Shown here: positions 62,081 to 64,000 of the stretch, in pieces
How the letters are laid out: every line of letters begins with the position of its first letter
How positions within the stretch are numbered: position 1 is the first letter of the stretch
Source of the DNA: Eubacteriales bacterium
GTDB lineage: Bacteria; Bacillota; Clostridia; Lachnospirales; WRAX01
DNA length: 64,000 nucleotides
Reading direction: 5' to 3'
Assembly (NCBI GenBank): GCA_031550435.1
Contig: JAVBOO010000024.1
Span: 823-64,822, forward strand
The notes under the pieces: model-generated
Database searches by the model: none
The model's input: the letters and a program-made list of their open reading frames with translations, nothing else
Told to the model about the DNA's origin: nothing
Made by a program: the position numbers and the translations under genes

Positions 62081-63830
62081 TGTACTCAGATATTTTGTAA
62101 AAGAAGTTTTTTCATTTTCCGGGAGTTATGTTTTTATCTCTCTTGTTTCTTCCGTTTTAAGTTCAATACTGCCGCTTGTTAATATTGTTTTCCCTAAATT
62201 GCTAATCGACGAGTTGTCAGGCGAACAAAGAATAAATAGTCTTATTGTGATTGTGGCTGTTATAGTATTCTCAAATTTTACGATTAGCGCGGTATTGTCT
62301 CTTATCAAGCGATTCACTGATTTGGGTGAACAACGGTTATCCAATCATTTTCAAGTCGCATACAACAGCAAGCTGATGAATGTATCATACGAAAAGATTG
62401 AAGACCCGGCATTTATCGATCTTAAGGAACGCGCGCTGTATCCTCTTACAATGCGCGGAAGTATACGAGAGCTTGTAGCGGTAATCCCAAAGGCGATAAG
62501 CCTTTTGATTACGCTTGTTGGCACAGTTTATATCATCATGACTTTTGATGTTGCAATTATCTTGCTGATGGTAGTTATGGTTGCTGTCAATATCGTAATC
62601 ACGGGACGCTTTCAGAAAAAAGAAATAGCGGCACAGAAAGAAACGATACGGCTTAACAAGAATTATAACTATTATCTTGACCTTGTTAGTGACCCGAAAG
62701 TTGGCTTGGAAGAACGTATCTATAATTTTAAGCCTTTTCTGCTTGGGCTTTTTACAGATTACAACCACGATATGAAAGTTGGTTTCAAGAAAATCCATTA
62801 TTCACGACAAATGCCGGAAGGGTTGAAACGTCTTGTCGGTGCTTTACAGGGTTTTATCAGCTTTTTCTATGTCGCCCGGCAGACAATAACAGGCGGGTTG
62901 AGCCTTGGGCAATTCTCCATGTATATTTCTGCGGCGGCGGTATTTAACACAAGTTTGTTTGAGCTGTTCGGGCAGGTGCTTAGATTGCGTGAGCATTGCC
63001 GCTATCTTGAGGATTTCATGGAACTCGGCAATGTAGAAATCCAGAATCTACGCGGCGGAGAGTCCATTGAAACGATAGATGAGATCAGGTTTGAAAATAT
63101 ATCGTTCAAGTACCCTAAGACCGAAAATTACATACTAAAAAACATCAATATGATAGTTAACCCCAAACAAAGCATTTCGATTGTAGGGCGCAACGGAACG
63201 GGGAAAACGACACTTATAAAACTGCTAACCGGACTTTATGAACCCTCTGATGGGAAAATTTTGCTCAATGGCAAGGATATAAAATGTTATTCGTCCGAAG
63301 ATTACCGCAAAAAACTGTCAGTCGTATTTCAAGATTTTCAGATGCTTAGCTTTAACATAGCAGAAAACCTCAGTTTTGCAGATGAAGTTGACATCAAGCG
63401 TGAGGAATATGCACTAAAAGAGGCCGGAGTATGGGATTATATAAACTCGCTTCCGAATAAAACAAAAACCCATGTGGGCAAACAGTTTGACGAAACAGGC
63501 ACAGACTTTTCCGGAGGACAAATGCAGAAGCTCGCTATCGCACGCGCTGTCTACCGTGATTCGGAACTTGTTATCCTCGACGAGCCAACCGCCGCTCTTG
63601 ACCCGCTTGCCGAAGCTGAAATTTATGAAAAGTTTGAAAGCATTAAGGCCGGAAAAATGGCAATCTATATATCTCACCGCTTGTCGAGTTGCAAATTCAG
63701 CGATAGGATTATTTATCTTGAGAATGGAGAAATCACCGAGGACGGCTCACATGACGAGTTGATAAGAGCCGATGGAGCTTATGCGGAAATGTTCAATTTG
63801 CAAGCATCGGCGCTTTTGAGTAAAGCATAG
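62055..63830 (+). CDS. ABC transporter, fused permease/ATP-binding protein (type I exporter), subunit 2
   Basis: GTG start 6 nt after GGAAGGAGGGG, overlapping subunit 1 by 26 nt. NBD motifs are GRNGTGKTT, FSGGQMQK and ILDEPTAALD. This suggests a heterodimeric pair. Confidence 0.85.
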   Translation: MKELKKELSVLRYFVKEVFSFSGSYVFISLVSSVLSSILPLVNIVFPKLLIDELSGEQRINSLIVIVAVIVFSNFTISAVLSLIKRFTDLGEQRLSNHFQVAYNSKLMNVSYEKIEDPAFIDLKERALYPLTMRGSIRELVAVIPKAISLLITLVGTVYIIMTFDVAIILLMVVMVAVNIVITGRFQKKEIAAQKETIRLNKNYNYYLDLVSDPKVGLEERIYNFKPFLLGLFTDYNHDMKVGFKKIHYSRQMPEGLKRLVGALQGFISFFYVARQTITGGLSLGQFSMYISAAAVFNTSLFELFGQVLRLREHCRYLEDFMELGNVEIQNLRGGESIETIDEIRFENISFKYPKTENYILKNINMIVNPKQSISIVGRNGTGKTTLIKLLTGLYEPSDGKILLNGKDIKCYSSEDYRKKLSVVFQDFQMLSFNIAENLSFADEVDIKREEYALKEAGVWDYINSLPNKTKTHVGKQFDETGTDFSGGQMQKLAIARAVYRDSELVILDEPTAALDPLAEAEIYEKFESIKAGKMAIYISHRLSSCKFSDRIIYLENGEITEDGSHDELIRADGAYAEMFNLQASALLSKA

Positions 63831-64000
63831 TCTGTTATTATTTAACAGGGAGTGTCACGCAAACTGTGTAAATAGTTTAATCTCTTAAAATTATGTCAAT
63901 ACTTACAAAGCAGCATAATCAGGGCAATGCAGGAGTGCAACCCGACCCTTGCTGCGGCAAAACGGTGAAGCGGTCGGCCAATGTGCCTGCCGCTTTTTCG

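Noticed and set aside
63892-64000. A possible ORF starting at ATG 63892 (MSILTKQHNQGNAGVQPDPCCGKTVKRSANVPAAFS...) and running off the window.
   Set aside because: No ribosome-binding site is visible and only 36 codons can be seen, so there is not enough to call a gene.

Overview
This 64-kb window looks like a chromosomal segment of an endospore-forming Firmicute. That placement is an inference from gene content: a complete spoIIIAA-AH operon, yabP-yabQ-divIC and spmA-spmB. I support about 65 protein genes, and most are housekeeping. They include rlmD, yhaM, plsY, der, pgeF, rnhB, ltaE, glnS, yebC, efp, aroK, yqeG, jag-yidC-yidD-rnpA-rpmH, feoAB and rubrerythrin. There is one tRNA-Arg(ACG). 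rpmH (44 aa) is missing from the ORF track and was found by hand. Genes run mostly on the minus strand up to about 50.2 kb and mostly on the plus strand after that. The left edge is the 3' part of a large serine recombinase gene, and a second, decayed recombinase relic lies at 14.7-15.3 kb.

The most unusual thing visible directly in the sequence is the intergenic repeat load. Nearly every intergenic gap longer than about 150 bp is occupied by short, hairpin-rich repeats that I group into five families, labelled A-E here. I count about 25 copies or fragments, in both orientations.
- Family C has terminal inverted repeats and 7-bp flanking duplications. One copy sits inside a family E copy.
- One family A copy sits inside a family B copy.
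- One family A copy supplies the last codons and the stop of ltaE.
- These repeats also create many of the spurious ORFs and N-terminal ORF extensions in the six-frame track.

Other observations worth a second look:
- A Cas4-like nuclease is split into two membrane-anchored, translationally coupled ORFs between yhaM and rlmD.
- An ABC-ATPase / six-CARDB-like-domain surface protein / FtsX-permease operon.
- An HTH+TPR (RRNPP-like) regulator next to two ABC exporters, with two weak small-peptide candidates.
- A perfect 8-1-8 Fur/PerR-type palindrome in the rubrerythrin promoter.
- An XRE regulator with AT-hook-like motifs next to a very AT-rich divergent region.
- A degenerate HD-GYP protein.
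- rpmH lacks the usual dnaA neighbour.

I saw no CRISPR array, rRNA, intact IS transposase or recognisable defence or biosynthetic cluster. All functional calls rest on motifs read by eye. Repeat ends are good to about +/-5 nt.
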